This document shows, in pieces, positions 27,268-36,918 of a DNA stretch of 64,000 nucleotides. The translations under genes and the position numbers were made by a program. The first letter of the stretch is position 1, and every line of letters begins with the position of its first letter. Where the stretch lies: positions 31,127-95,126 of the forward strand of contig DURM01000007.1 in the NCBI GenBank assembly GCA_012837335.1, read 5' to 3'. The notes under the pieces are model-generated. The model did no database searches. It worked only from the letters and a program-made list of their open reading frames with translations, and had not been told where the DNA came from. Source of the DNA: Bacillota bacterium. GTDB lineage: Bacteria > Bacillota > Limnochordia > Darwinibacteriales > DTU012.

Positions 27268-29094
27268 ATGAGGGTGGACTACCGCCGGAGAACTGCGGCT
27301 AGGCAGCCAATCCGCTATATCGGCTCCGAAAAAGCAGATATCCGCTTCTATGACGGAGCCTTAAGGCGCGCCATCGGTGCCAAAAACTATCAGGTAATGC
27401 GGGCCAACCGAGAGTTTCCTGAATCCCAGGAGGATTACGGCTGGACCTACAACCACGCGCCGATGCTCTGCTGGTGGAACGATCATTTCTGGGTTCAGTA
27501 TCTCAGCAATCCGGTCAGCGAGCATGAACCGCCATCCCATACGCTTTTGACTTGGTCCCGAGATGGAGAAAAGTGGTCTAAGCCGGTTGTGATCTTTCCC
27601 CAATTTCCCCTGCCGGAAGGGGTTTATACCGGTCCGGAAAAGGAGCTGTTAAAGCCCGGTGATACTGCCATCATGCACCAGCGGATGGGCTTTTATGTTA
27701 CCAACAGCGGCAGGCTTTTGGTGTTAGGATTTTACGGTGTTTCCCCTAGGAAACAGGTCAGTCCCAACAATGGCTGGGGCATTGCCCGGGTGGTACGGGA
27801 AGTCTACGCAGACTTTACCTTCTCTCCGGTTTATGTGATCCGCTATAACGAATACGGTGGTTTCCAGCCTGAGCACATCGATTTTCCATTTTATCAAACC
27901 AGCGGCGATCCGGGCTTTATTGCAGCTTGTGATGAGCTGCTCGGCAATAAACTTGTAGTTCGGCAGTGGTGGGAAGAGCAGCGCTTCGATACCGAGCTCT
28001 TTAGTCAGTCCAGCCGGCAGGCATTCTGTTTCTATACTCTGCCGGATCAGCGTGTAGTCGGACTTTATAAGCACGCCGATGTCAATATCAGTGAGGATGG
28101 TGGAGAGAGCTGGGGCGATTATACTAGGTGCACATCGATTGAAACTTCAACCGGAAAGATCTGGGGCGAAAGAACAGAAGACGGCAGGTATGCTCTGGTT
28201 TACAATCCATCCACTGACAGCATGCACCGCTGGCCGCTGGCAGTTGTTACCAGCGATGATGGTGAAAATTTCGATCAGCTGCTGACTCTGACCCCTTTCG
28301 TTCCGCCTACCCGCTATGAAGGCTGGGCCAAGAATCTGGGTCCCCAGTATGTGCGGGGAATCTGTGAAGGCTTTCCTAAGCCCATGGACGGACATTTGTG
28401 GGTTACCTACAGCATGAATAAAGAGGATATCTGGGTCTGCAGGGTACCGGTGCCCATTACCGGTGAAGAAACCGAGCCCATAGATGAGGATTTCAGCGAT
28501 CCGAACATTCCCAAATGGAACATTTACGCTCCGAGCTGGTGCCGGATCAATTGCTGTAAGGACAGCAAGGGTTTAGTAATCCGGGATAGTGATCCCTATG
28601 ATAAAGCCATCGCCGAGCGGGTATTTCCGGAATCAGTGGTTCTTACCCTTCAGACTGAGATCATTCCTAACACAATCGGCGAAGCGGGGTTGTATCTAGA
28701 TCTAACCGATGGCAGAGGCTCGACGCCGGTCAGAATAGTCTTTAAGCCGGATTACAATCTCTTTGTTAAAGCAAATGGCGTGTACCACCAGATCCACAGC
28801 TTTGCAGTAGATAAGGTTTATGGGATTACTATTAAAGCGGACTGTGTGCTCAATCAGTTTGCAGTTTGGATCAGCTGTGAAGAAGAAGAGCTGATTGCAA
28901 AAACCTACCGGTTTAATACATCAGTCCATAGTTTAGAGCGGCTGGTTTTCCAGACCAAAGATCGGGTTAATAACTATGATTTAGAATCAAACGGTAAAGA
29001 TGGCAGTATGAGCGACCTTCCCAATGCGGGCAGGCGCGCTCCGGAAACGAAGTTTGTGATTACTATGGTGAAGACCATGGATCATCTTAAGTGA
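27268..29094 (+). CDS. BNR-repeat sialidase-like (exo-alpha-sialidase fold) protein, cytoplasmic
   Basis: Asp-box motifs SRDGEKW, SEDGGESW and TSDDGENF. YNHAPML is sialidase-like. No signal peptide. Confidence 0.5.
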   Translation: MRVDYRRRTAARQPIRYIGSEKADIRFYDGALRRAIGAKNYQVMRANREFPESQEDYGWTYNHAPMLCWWNDHFWVQYLSNPVSEHEPPSHTLLTWSRDGEKWSKPVVIFPQFPLPEGVYTGPEKELLKPGDTAIMHQRMGFYVTNSGRLLVLGFYGVSPRKQVSPNNGWGIARVVREVYADFTFSPVYVIRYNEYGGFQPEHIDFPFYQTSGDPGFIAACDELLGNKLVVRQWWEEQRFDTELFSQSSRQAFCFYTLPDQRVVGLYKHADVNISEDGGESWGDYTRCTSIETSTGKIWGERTEDGRYALVYNPSTDSMHRWPLAVVTSDDGENFDQLLTLTPFVPPTRYEGWAKNLGPQYVRGICEGFPKPMDGHLWVTYSMNKEDIWVCRVPVPITGEETEPIDEDFSDPNIPKWNIYAPSWCRINCCKDSKGLVIRDSDPYDKAIAERVFPESVVLTLQTEIIPNTIGEAGLYLDLTDGRGSTPVRIVFKPDYNLFVKANGVYHQIHSFAVDKVYGITIKADCVLNQFAVWISCEEEELIAKTYRFNTSVHSLERLVFQTKDRVNNYDLESNGKDGSMSDLPNAGRRAPETKFVITMVKTMDHLK

Positions 29095-29107
29095 AAGGCG
29101 TGACATC

Positions 29108-31198
29108 ATGATCAATCAGCATCTTTCCTATAAAGGCCGCACTCTGCGGACCAGACCCGGCAAACTGCTGCTGGGTCCTACCGGCAAGCGCTTGTTTGCC
29201 GATTACTTAGATAAAGAACCGGGCTTTGTAGGACGGATTGATTTTATCCATACCATCAATTTAACAGGTTTATATCGCGTAAAATGCAGCGCTGTTCAGG
29301 ACTATGAAGCGGCGGAAACGGTTTGGTATCCCAGTATGCTCACAATGGAGCTGGACAGCAGTCGGGTGACCTTTTCCGAAACCAAATTTATAACTTTAGA
29401 TGACTGCGCTGTATCCTGCCAAACTTGGACTAACAAAACGGGCAGACCCATTGAAATTGCTTTAGAAGTAGGGGCAGAGCTCTGCGAAGCTGAGTACGAC
29501 GCTGAATCGGAGTGCATGATCTTCCGCTCTCCTAAGACCGATCACGGCTTTGCAGTGGGAGCAGCGGTGAAAACTGATCTTGGTTTAGAAGCTAATCCGT
29601 TAATGCTGAACCCCGGGGAAAGTGTGGATTTTGTGGTCTGCGCTGCGGTAGGAAATCTGGAAACTGAAACCACTGCCGACTTAATTCAGAAAGTGAAAAC
29701 CTATTTCAGCGGCGATCAGGATTATATTGAAAGGCAGAATAGAGAATACCAGCGCTTTTTCGATGCAATTCCCTACTTCGATTCCAGCGATCCGGTTTTA
29801 AACAAAACCTGGTATTACCGCTGGTTCATCCTCCGCCACAATCTGGCCCAGCCTGATTACGGATTTCTTAAGGGCGCGGTAATGTATGAAGGGCGGTCGC
29901 ACAAGAAGTCGAAAGCGCCCCTTTCCAGCCGCGGGTGGGGATTTGCCAAATTAATTAATTTATCCACACCACACCATATCGTGGATATGCGCTGGCATTT
30001 AAACCAGAAGTTTGTTTATGAAATGATCGAAAACATGGTCAATAACTTAGAGGAGAATGGCCTGTTCTGCTCCGCGTATGTAGACCGCCGGCTCCACTCA
30101 TTTGCCAATTACGGCATTTGGGCAATCTACCAGTTCTATTTGGTCAGCGGCGATCAAGAGTTCATCAGGAAAATTCTGCCCAGGCTTAAGGAAGTAATCG
30201 CTAACGCCGACCGGGTTTATTCCCGAGACGACAACCTCCATGTCGAGGTTAAGCACAACCGCACCGGCAAGGAATATCAGCCAAGCTACTGGTATTTCCA
30301 CAATTACCCGGATAATCCCAAGGATCCAGAAACCTATACCCATCTGAAGCGGGTAGACCGCTCCATCTACCACTACCAAAATGTGCTGGGAACAGCTAGA
30401 TTGTGCGAAGCGGTTGGCGATCCGGATAGTGAGCAGTACAGGGCCAAGGCTGAGGCTATTAAAAATGATGTTCTCACCAAAATGTGGGATCAGGAAACCG
30501 AATTTTTCTATGATCTCCACCATGAAACAGATGAAAAGGCGATGGTCAAGAACATTGTGGGCATTTATCCCCATTGGGCTCAAATCACAGCGGAAGAGCA
30601 TTTAGGGGCCCTGGAAAAACTCTTTGATCCAGATCATTTCCACACGAACAGCCCATTCCCATCGGTTTCTAGGGAATGTCCAGCGTACCGCCCGGAAGGG
30701 GGATGGATGGGACGGTTTATCAAGGGTAGAAACGGCTGTGTCTGGTGCGGACCATCGTGGCCTTACACAACCGGGGTTGCTATTGACGCGATCGGATTGG
30801 AAAGCAAGCGATACAATCACCGCTATGATCGGGAATTCGCCTATTATCTTCGGGAGTACTCCCTGCAGCATTTTCGGGATCGTGACCTTAACAAGCCTTA
30901 TCTGGTTGAGCACTACCACGGCGAAACCGGCGAGCCCATCAGCGATGAGCCTGATTACAACCACTCTTTTTACATCAACCTGATTATGACTCACGCTGCC
31001 GGTATTGATATCCGGGAAGATGGGATTCACTTTGATCCCATTGATATCGGGTTGGATTACTTTATTTTAGACCAAGTTCATATTCAAGGTGATATATATA
31101 AAATTACGTATAAAAAGCCGGACTGCACTGATCCCAAGGCAGAGGGGCTTGAATCCGGCTACAATGTTTATAAAAATGGGATCAAGCTGGAGCTTTAA
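29108..31198 (+). CDS. Putative (alpha/alpha)6-barrel glycoside hydrolase (GH63/GH37/MGH1-like)
   Basis: TWYYRWFILRHN and GCVWCGPSWPYTTGVAIDAIG resemble the (alpha/alpha)6 GH fold. Family not resolvable by eye. Confidence 0.35.
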   Translation: MINQHLSYKGRTLRTRPGKLLLGPTGKRLFADYLDKEPGFVGRIDFIHTINLTGLYRVKCSAVQDYEAAETVWYPSMLTMELDSSRVTFSETKFITLDDCAVSCQTWTNKTGRPIEIALEVGAELCEAEYDAESECMIFRSPKTDHGFAVGAAVKTDLGLEANPLMLNPGESVDFVVCAAVGNLETETTADLIQKVKTYFSGDQDYIERQNREYQRFFDAIPYFDSSDPVLNKTWYYRWFILRHNLAQPDYGFLKGAVMYEGRSHKKSKAPLSSRGWGFAKLINLSTPHHIVDMRWHLNQKFVYEMIENMVNNLEENGLFCSAYVDRRLHSFANYGIWAIYQFYLVSGDQEFIRKILPRLKEVIANADRVYSRDDNLHVEVKHNRTGKEYQPSYWYFHNYPDNPKDPETYTHLKRVDRSIYHYQNVLGTARLCEAVGDPDSEQYRAKAEAIKNDVLTKMWDQETEFFYDLHHETDEKAMVKNIVGIYPHWAQITAEEHLGALEKLFDPDHFHTNSPFPSVSRECPAYRPEGGWMGRFIKGRNGCVWCGPSWPYTTGVAIDAIGLESKRYNHRYDREFAYYLREYSLQHFRDRDLNKPYLVEHYHGETGEPISDEPDYNHSFYINLIMTHAAGIDIREDGIHFDPIDIGLDYFILDQVHIQGDIYKITYKKPDCTDPKAEGLESGYNVYKNGIKLEL

Positions 31199-31213
31199 GG
31201 AAGGAGAATTGCT

Positions 31214-34200
31214 TTGGCACAGGATACGTTCGCAGACTTATTCGCGGATCTTGCCCTGACTGAGCATCCGGGAAGTAATGATCAGGTACAGGAAGTTAAA
31301 CCGCCTGTTTTAGAGAAACAGTTTTTTCAGCCAAGTAATGAGATAGCTGATCCCACTGCCGAGCTTTCCTATCAGGAAAAACTCAAGCAGTTTGAAAATG
31401 AGCTGCAGAAACTGCGGATGAAGTATGCGCCGTTTCTGGAAAACCATGTTCCGGAGCCACCTCTGGAGCGGCGCCGCTTGTCCCTTACCGAGTTTCAGTT
31501 TCGCTATCAGACTGAAGCGGATTATGAGTTTACCAATGTGCTGAATGGCTTAGGTGAGTGGGAGCAGGTTACCATTCCCGACTATCGGGGTCCTGCCGGC
31601 GAGGACGGCAAGTGGACCGGTTATTACCGCACCGAATTTAAATTCGAGAAAACTCCTGGGAAAAGAGTATATTTAGTGTTTAAAGGTGTGGATTACGCTG
31701 CGGATGTTTATGTCAATAACAAGTGCGTCGGCAGGCATGAAGGTTTTTTTGCACCTTTTGAATTTGATGTGACTGAGCTTATTCAAGAACACAATGTGCT
31801 GGTGGTGGAAGTCAAGAATGACTATCCGACCCTGGGAGTGCAGGAAAATCAGCGGTTAGACGGGGATAAAATCTACGCTGCCACCGGTCCGGGTTGGGAT
31901 GATCCGGAGTCGGGCTGGCATCACTGCCCACCGGGAGCCGGGATTTATAACCAGGTGTACCTGGAAGAAAGAGCGGATCTGTTTGTTCACGATGTTTTTA
32001 TCCGGCCGGACATTGACAGGCATAGTATTGAAGTCTGGGTCGATCTTTCCAGCAGCAGTGATCAGGTTGTGGAAGATTTCAAGTTTGAACTGTCCGTGTG
32101 GGCGCGGAATTATGATGGAGGTCAACTGCTGACTGAGAAGATTGACGTTCCCTATACCGGACCCGGTCTCAACTACTACCGCTACCGGCTGCCTTTTTCC
32201 GACTACCGCCTGTGGGAGCCGGATCAGCCCTGGCTTTATACTGCGCGGGTAAAAGTTGCTAAGGATGGCGAGCTGTTAGACAGCTTTGACCGCAATTTTG
32301 GCATGCGCAAATTCCATCAGGATGAGGAGGCGGAACCAAAAGGAACACTCTACCTCAATAATCGGCCCATTATATTAAGAGGTGCCAATGAAATGGGGCA
32401 TCTGCAGCAGTGCGTGATGCGGGGAGACTTTGAACAGCTGATCGACGATATTCTCATTGCTAAACTGGCTAATATGAATTATTACCGCATCACTCAGCGT
32501 CCGGTTCAGGAGGAAATCTACGATTACCTGGATATGCTGGGGATGATGCACCAGTGCGACCTGCCGCTGTTCGGCACCTTAAGGCGGAATCAGTTTTATG
32601 AGGCAATCAAGCAGGTGGGAGAGATGGAGCGTTTAATCAGAAGCCATCCATCTTCCATCATGGTCACGTTTATCAATGAGCCGGTGGCAATCCGCAAGCA
32701 TCCGGATCCCAAGCATAAATACAACCGCCGCTATCGGGAAAAGGCTCACCGCCACTTGTTTAGGCAGGAGCTGGAATACTTTTTTGCCGCAGCCCGGAAA
32801 GCTATTGCCCTGGAAAACCCGGATCGGGTCGTGAAGAATGTGGAAGGCGACTATGATCCTCCGACGCTGGAAGGAATGCCCGATTTCCACTGCTACTGCA
32901 TGTGGTACACCAACCATGGTGTTCCCCTCGGGAAACTGCATATGGGCTATCTGCCGGCCGTTAAGCAGGGCTGGAAAGTGACCTGTGGAGAATACGGCAC
33001 AGAGGGCTTGGACAACTATCCGGTGATGGAGAAATACTATCCCCGCGAGTGGCTGCCGGAAGATGAACATGAACCCTGGCAGCCCAATCGGATTGTGCGA
33101 GCTCAGACCTATTCAATGCACGGTGATTGGTATCCGGAGCAGAGCAGCATCCGCGACTGGATTGCAGCCAGCCAAGAGCATCAGGCGCTGGCCACCAAGC
33201 TGATGACCGATGCTTTTCGCAGACGCTCTGATCTGCTGGTGGGCACGGCTGTGCACCTCTTGATTGATGCGTGGCCGTCGGGATGGATGAAGGCGCTGGT
33301 TGATGTTGACCGCGTACCTAAGCCCGCGTATTTTGCCTACCAGGAAAGTCTGGTTCCGGTGCGGGTTAATCTCCGCTCCGATCGGTGGAAAGTGTACTGC
33401 GGCGACCAGGCAGATCTCGATGTTTGGCTGTTAAATGATACTGCAGAAGACCTTCGGGACTGCAAGGTTATAGTCACTGTGCGGGATGACCAGAGAATTT
33501 ATCAGTCGTTTGACAAAACCATCACAGGCAAAGCGGTTTCCCCAACGTATACAGGAACGGTAAGGCTTAAGGTTCCTCAGGTTGCGGACCGAAGTTTATT
33601 GTATCTGGATGCTGCCCTTTACAGCAGTACCGGTGAAAAAATTAATCAAGAGCGGTTAACGCTGGAAGTATTTCAAAAACATGCTCTGCCTAAAAAGATG
33701 AAAACAGTATATCTTGGCGCTGCCGCCGCTGACTTAGTCAGCCGACTTGAACTTAGCGCAGCAGAGTTTAAGAATGATCTGCAGGCAGATGTGATCATTG
33801 CAGCAGCCGAGGAAATTGAGGAACATCGAGCAGAGCTTATCAAGCAGGTTGAAAAGGGAGCCCATTTGCTTGTGATTAGAGGAGCGCAGCCCCTTGCATT
33901 TAAGTTTGGCGAAAACTGCTTTACTGCTAAATCGATGAATCCGGTTTATTTCGCTGCTGTAAATCGAGAGTCAGAATTGATGCAGCAGTTTAAACCCGAT
34001 GACTTTGCTTATTTTTACAGCGCGCTGCATGAACAGTTGGACTTTACAGCGGACTGTTATTTACTCGGCAGTGACCTGGAACCGCTTGTTTATACTTATC
34101 AAAAGGTAAACGAGCCGGGTGGTAAGCCGAAGCGAATTATTGCTGGTACGACCAAATATGGAAGCGGCAGGGTTACGGTCTGCGGTCTGCCTCTGGCAGG

Positions 34201-34258
34201 AAAGATTGGTTTTAATCCAACCTTAGATCGTTTTATGCAGGCGTTAGTACAGTTTTAG
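31214..34258 (+). CDS. Glycoside hydrolase family 2 protein with ~100-aa acidic/coiled-coil N-terminal extension
   Basis: TTG start 7 nt after AAGGAG. GH2 sugar-binding jelly-roll (KRVYLVFKGVDYAADVYVNNKCVG), an Ig-like domain, and a TIM barrel (NRPIILRGANEMGH) are present. No signal peptide. Confidence 0.65.
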   Translation: MAQDTFADLFADLALTEHPGSNDQVQEVKPPVLEKQFFQPSNEIADPTAELSYQEKLKQFENELQKLRMKYAPFLENHVPEPPLERRRLSLTEFQFRYQTEADYEFTNVLNGLGEWEQVTIPDYRGPAGEDGKWTGYYRTEFKFEKTPGKRVYLVFKGVDYAADVYVNNKCVGRHEGFFAPFEFDVTELIQEHNVLVVEVKNDYPTLGVQENQRLDGDKIYAATGPGWDDPESGWHHCPPGAGIYNQVYLEERADLFVHDVFIRPDIDRHSIEVWVDLSSSSDQVVEDFKFELSVWARNYDGGQLLTEKIDVPYTGPGLNYYRYRLPFSDYRLWEPDQPWLYTARVKVAKDGELLDSFDRNFGMRKFHQDEEAEPKGTLYLNNRPIILRGANEMGHLQQCVMRGDFEQLIDDILIAKLANMNYYRITQRPVQEEIYDYLDMLGMMHQCDLPLFGTLRRNQFYEAIKQVGEMERLIRSHPSSIMVTFINEPVAIRKHPDPKHKYNRRYREKAHRHLFRQELEYFFAAARKAIALENPDRVVKNVEGDYDPPTLEGMPDFHCYCMWYTNHGVPLGKLHMGYLPAVKQGWKVTCGEYGTEGLDNYPVMEKYYPREWLPEDEHEPWQPNRIVRAQTYSMHGDWYPEQSSIRDWIAASQEHQALATKLMTDAFRRRSDLLVGTAVHLLIDAWPSGWMKALVDVDRVPKPAYFAYQESLVPVRVNLRSDRWKVYCGDQADLDVWLLNDTAEDLRDCKVIVTVRDDQRIYQSFDKTITGKAVSPTYTGTVRLKVPQVADRSLLYLDAALYSSTGEKINQERLTLEVFQKHALPKKMKTVYLGAAAADLVSRLELSAAEFKNDLQADVIIAAAEEIEEHRAELIKQVEKGAHLLVIRGAQPLAFKFGENCFTAKSMNPVYFAAVNRESELMQQFKPDDFAYFYSALHEQLDFTADCYLLGSDLEPLVYTYQKVNEPGGKPKRIIAGTTKYGSGRVTVCGLPLAGKIGFNPTLDRFMQALVQF

Positions 34259-34312
34259 GCGGCTGCCTGGGATTATGTCGATTTCCCTAACATAATTTAC
34301 TTCGATTAATCA

Positions 34313-34354
34313 TTTACTAAATATATTGACGTATTTTTAGTAAATTGATAAACT
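34313..34354 (+). promoter_or_regulatory. Promoter with overlapping perfect palindrome (candidate LacI-family operator) upstream of the regulator gene
   Basis: TTTACTAAA (34313-34321) and TTTAGTAAA (34336-34344) are reverse complements. They flank the -35 TTGACG (34326-34331); a 17-nt spacer leads to the -10 TAAACT (34349-34354). Confidence 0.5.
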
Positions 34355-34389
34355 ATAGATAGAATAGTATTCGAACTGAGGTTGATCTA

Positions 34390-35400
34390 ATGAAAAGAAA
34401 ACCAAGCATCCAGGAAATTGCAAAACTGGCGGATGTATCACCCGCAACCGTTTCGAACGCGCTGAACAACAAACCGGGGGTTAGCGACAGTACCCGGGCG
34501 AGAATCAAGACTATTGCCTATGAGCTCGGCTATAAAAAAACTCGTGAGCGGAATAAGTATACGGCAATCCGTGTAATTATTTATAAGCGCAGCGGGCTGG
34601 TCGTCGCCGATACGCCATTCTTTGCCAAACTAATTGAGGGAATGGAGCAGCAGTGCAGAACAGCAAAGATGGAGATGTTAATTTCCCACATTACCAGAGA
34701 CGAAGGGGATTATTTATCTCAAATTGCTGAGATCGAGCAGGACGGCGTGCTGGGATACGTGATTCTGGCAACTGAGATGCTGCCTGAAGACTATGCTCTG
34801 TTTACTAATCTGCAGCAGCCGGTGGTCTTTTTAGACTCCTGTTTTCCTTATGAGAGCCAGGACTTTGTGTTAATCAACAATGTCCAAGGCGCTTATTTGG
34901 CAACAAAGCATCTCATTGACGAAGGGCATCAGCGCATTGGCTACCTCCAGAGCTCCGTGTTTATTAACAACTTTAATGAGCGCAAGCAGGGGTTTACCCA
35001 AGCCCTGGCTGCCCATGGTTTAGAGATAGACACTGGCTATTGGTATCAGCTTGAACCGACCTTGGACGGTTCATATCGCGATATGCTCGCGCTGCTTAGA
35101 CGCGGCGCTGAAATGCCCTCAGCCTTTTTTGCCGATAATGACATCATCGCTTTTGGCGCCATGAGTGCGTTAAAAGAGTTTGGCGTAAAAATTCCTGAGG
35201 ATGTTTCCATTGTAGGCTTTGACGATATGCCTTACTGCGAGATTTCCGATCCGAAGTTGACCACCGTGTATGTCAACAAACAGGAACTGGGTGCAATCGC
35301 GGTTAAGCGCCTGGTGGAAAAAAACAATAACGGCCGGTCGATTCAAAAAATTGCCCTCAATGTTGAGCTGGTAAAGCGGCAGAGTGTTAAAAAGCTGTAA
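34390..35400 (+). CDS. LacI-family transcriptional regulator
   Basis: HTH IQEIAKLADVSPATVSNALNN and a periplasmic-binding-protein-like sugar-binding core. Confidence 0.8.
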   Translation: MKRKPSIQEIAKLADVSPATVSNALNNKPGVSDSTRARIKTIAYELGYKKTRERNKYTAIRVIIYKRSGLVVADTPFFAKLIEGMEQQCRTAKMEMLISHITRDEGDYLSQIAEIEQDGVLGYVILATEMLPEDYALFTNLQQPVVFLDSCFPYESQDFVLINNVQGAYLATKHLIDEGHQRIGYLQSSVFINNFNERKQGFTQALAAHGLEIDTGYWYQLEPTLDGSYRDMLALLRRGAEMPSAFFADNDIIAFGAMSALKEFGVKIPEDVSIVGFDDMPYCEISDPKLTTVYVNKQELGAIAVKRLVEKNNNGRSIQKIALNVELVKRQSVKKL

Positions 35401-35436
35401 ACGTTTGCGGCTGGCATAAGGAGTTGGAGAGGAAAA

Positions 35437-36918
35437 GTGGAGACGTATATCCTAGCCCTTGACCAGAGCACCTCTGGGACAAAGGGCTTATTAGTAAATG
35501 CGGAGGGACGCATTGTCCATCAGCACTGGATGGGCCACGAGCAGATTTATCCCCAGCCGGGCTGGGTGGAACACGATCCGGAAGAGATTTATCAAAATGT
35601 GCTGAAGACAGCGGAGGCCCTGCTTAAGCAGAGCGGCATCGCTTCTAATGCGATTGCAGCCTTAAGTATTACCAATCAGCGTGAAACAGTGGTTGTTTGG
35701 GATCAAACCAACAGCAAGCCTGTATATAACGCCATCGTGTGGCAGTGCATGCGCGGCGAAAAGATCTGCACCGATCTCAGCAATGCTGGCCATGAGCAGG
35801 AGATTCTGAAGCGCACCGGCTTGGTGGTAGATCCGTATTTCTCTGCCAGCAAAATCAAATGGATTCTGGATCACGCAGCAGCAGAAGTCGATCGGGAAAA
35901 GCTGCTGTTTGGAACCATCGACAGCTGGTTAATCTGGAAGCTGACTGATGGTAGGGTCCACGCCTGTGATTATTCAAACGCATCCCGCACCATGCTATTT
36001 AACATTCAAAGGCTGGAGTGGGATCAGGACATCTTTGATCTGCTGGATATTCCTCTGGCAATGGCACCGGAAGTGCGCTCATCCAACGCTGAATTTGGCT
36101 CAACCGATCTTGGCGGTTTACTGCCCCGACCGGTTCCGATCTGCGGCGTGATGGGGGATTCACAAGCGGCACTATTTGGTCAAGGCTGCATTACGCCAGG
36201 ATCTGCGAAGGTTACCTACGGTACCGGTTCTTCGATTGTTTTAAACATTGGTTCAGAGTTTCAGCTGCCGGCTGGAGGAATCGTAACTTCCCTGGCGTGG
36301 GGGATCGATGGTAAAGTTGATTATGTGTTTGAAGGTAACGTTCACTGCACCGGAAAAACGATCGATTGGATGATAAATACCCTGGGTTTGATCCCGGATG
36401 CAGAAAGCTCAGAGACAGTCGCCCTATCAGTACCGGATAACGGCGGCGTTTATCTGGTCCCGGCCTTTGTGGGCTTAGGTGCTCCGTATTGGCGGAGTGA
36501 TTTAAAAGCCGCCCTTTTTGGACTGACATTTAACAGCACGAAAGCTCACGTTGTCCGGGCTGGGCTTGAGAGCATCGCGTACCAGATTTATGATGTTCTA
36601 GCAGCAATGGAGAAAATTGGCGCCAAGCTCGGCCAGATTAAGGCGGACGGGGGCGCATCCCACAATCGCTTTTTAATGCAGTTTCAAGCGGATATGCTCC
36701 AGCTGCCGGTGATGACGCTGCCGTATGGGGAGCTGTCGGCACTTGGTGCCGCGTATATGGGGGGCATTGGTTTAGGAATGTGGAAATCTCTGGCGGAGAT
36801 TGAAGCCTTCAACGCGGATGGGAAAGTTTACCAACCTAGTTTGTCATTATCCGAACGGAATCAGCTGCTCTGCGGATGGCATGAAGCAGTGAATAAGCTA
36901 ATGGGGGAGAAACAATGA
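35437..36918 (+). CDS. FGGY-family carbohydrate kinase (glycerol kinase/xylulokinase-like)
   Basis: GTG start after GGAGAGGAAAA. LALDQSTSGTK and ITNQRETVVVWD are FGGY/GlpK-type motifs. Substrate cannot be set from sequence alone. Confidence 0.7.
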   Translation: METYILALDQSTSGTKGLLVNAEGRIVHQHWMGHEQIYPQPGWVEHDPEEIYQNVLKTAEALLKQSGIASNAIAALSITNQRETVVVWDQTNSKPVYNAIVWQCMRGEKICTDLSNAGHEQEILKRTGLVVDPYFSASKIKWILDHAAAEVDREKLLFGTIDSWLIWKLTDGRVHACDYSNASRTMLFNIQRLEWDQDIFDLLDIPLAMAPEVRSSNAEFGSTDLGGLLPRPVPICGVMGDSQAALFGQGCITPGSAKVTYGTGSSIVLNIGSEFQLPAGGIVTSLAWGIDGKVDYVFEGNVHCTGKTIDWMINTLGLIPDAESSETVALSVPDNGGVYLVPAFVGLGAPYWRSDLKAALFGLTFNSTKAHVVRAGLESIAYQIYDVLAAMEKIGAKLGQIKADGGASHNRFLMQFQADMLQLPVMTLPYGELSALGAAYMGGIGLGMWKSLAEIEAFNADGKVYQPSLSLSERNQLLCGWHEAVNKLMGEKQ

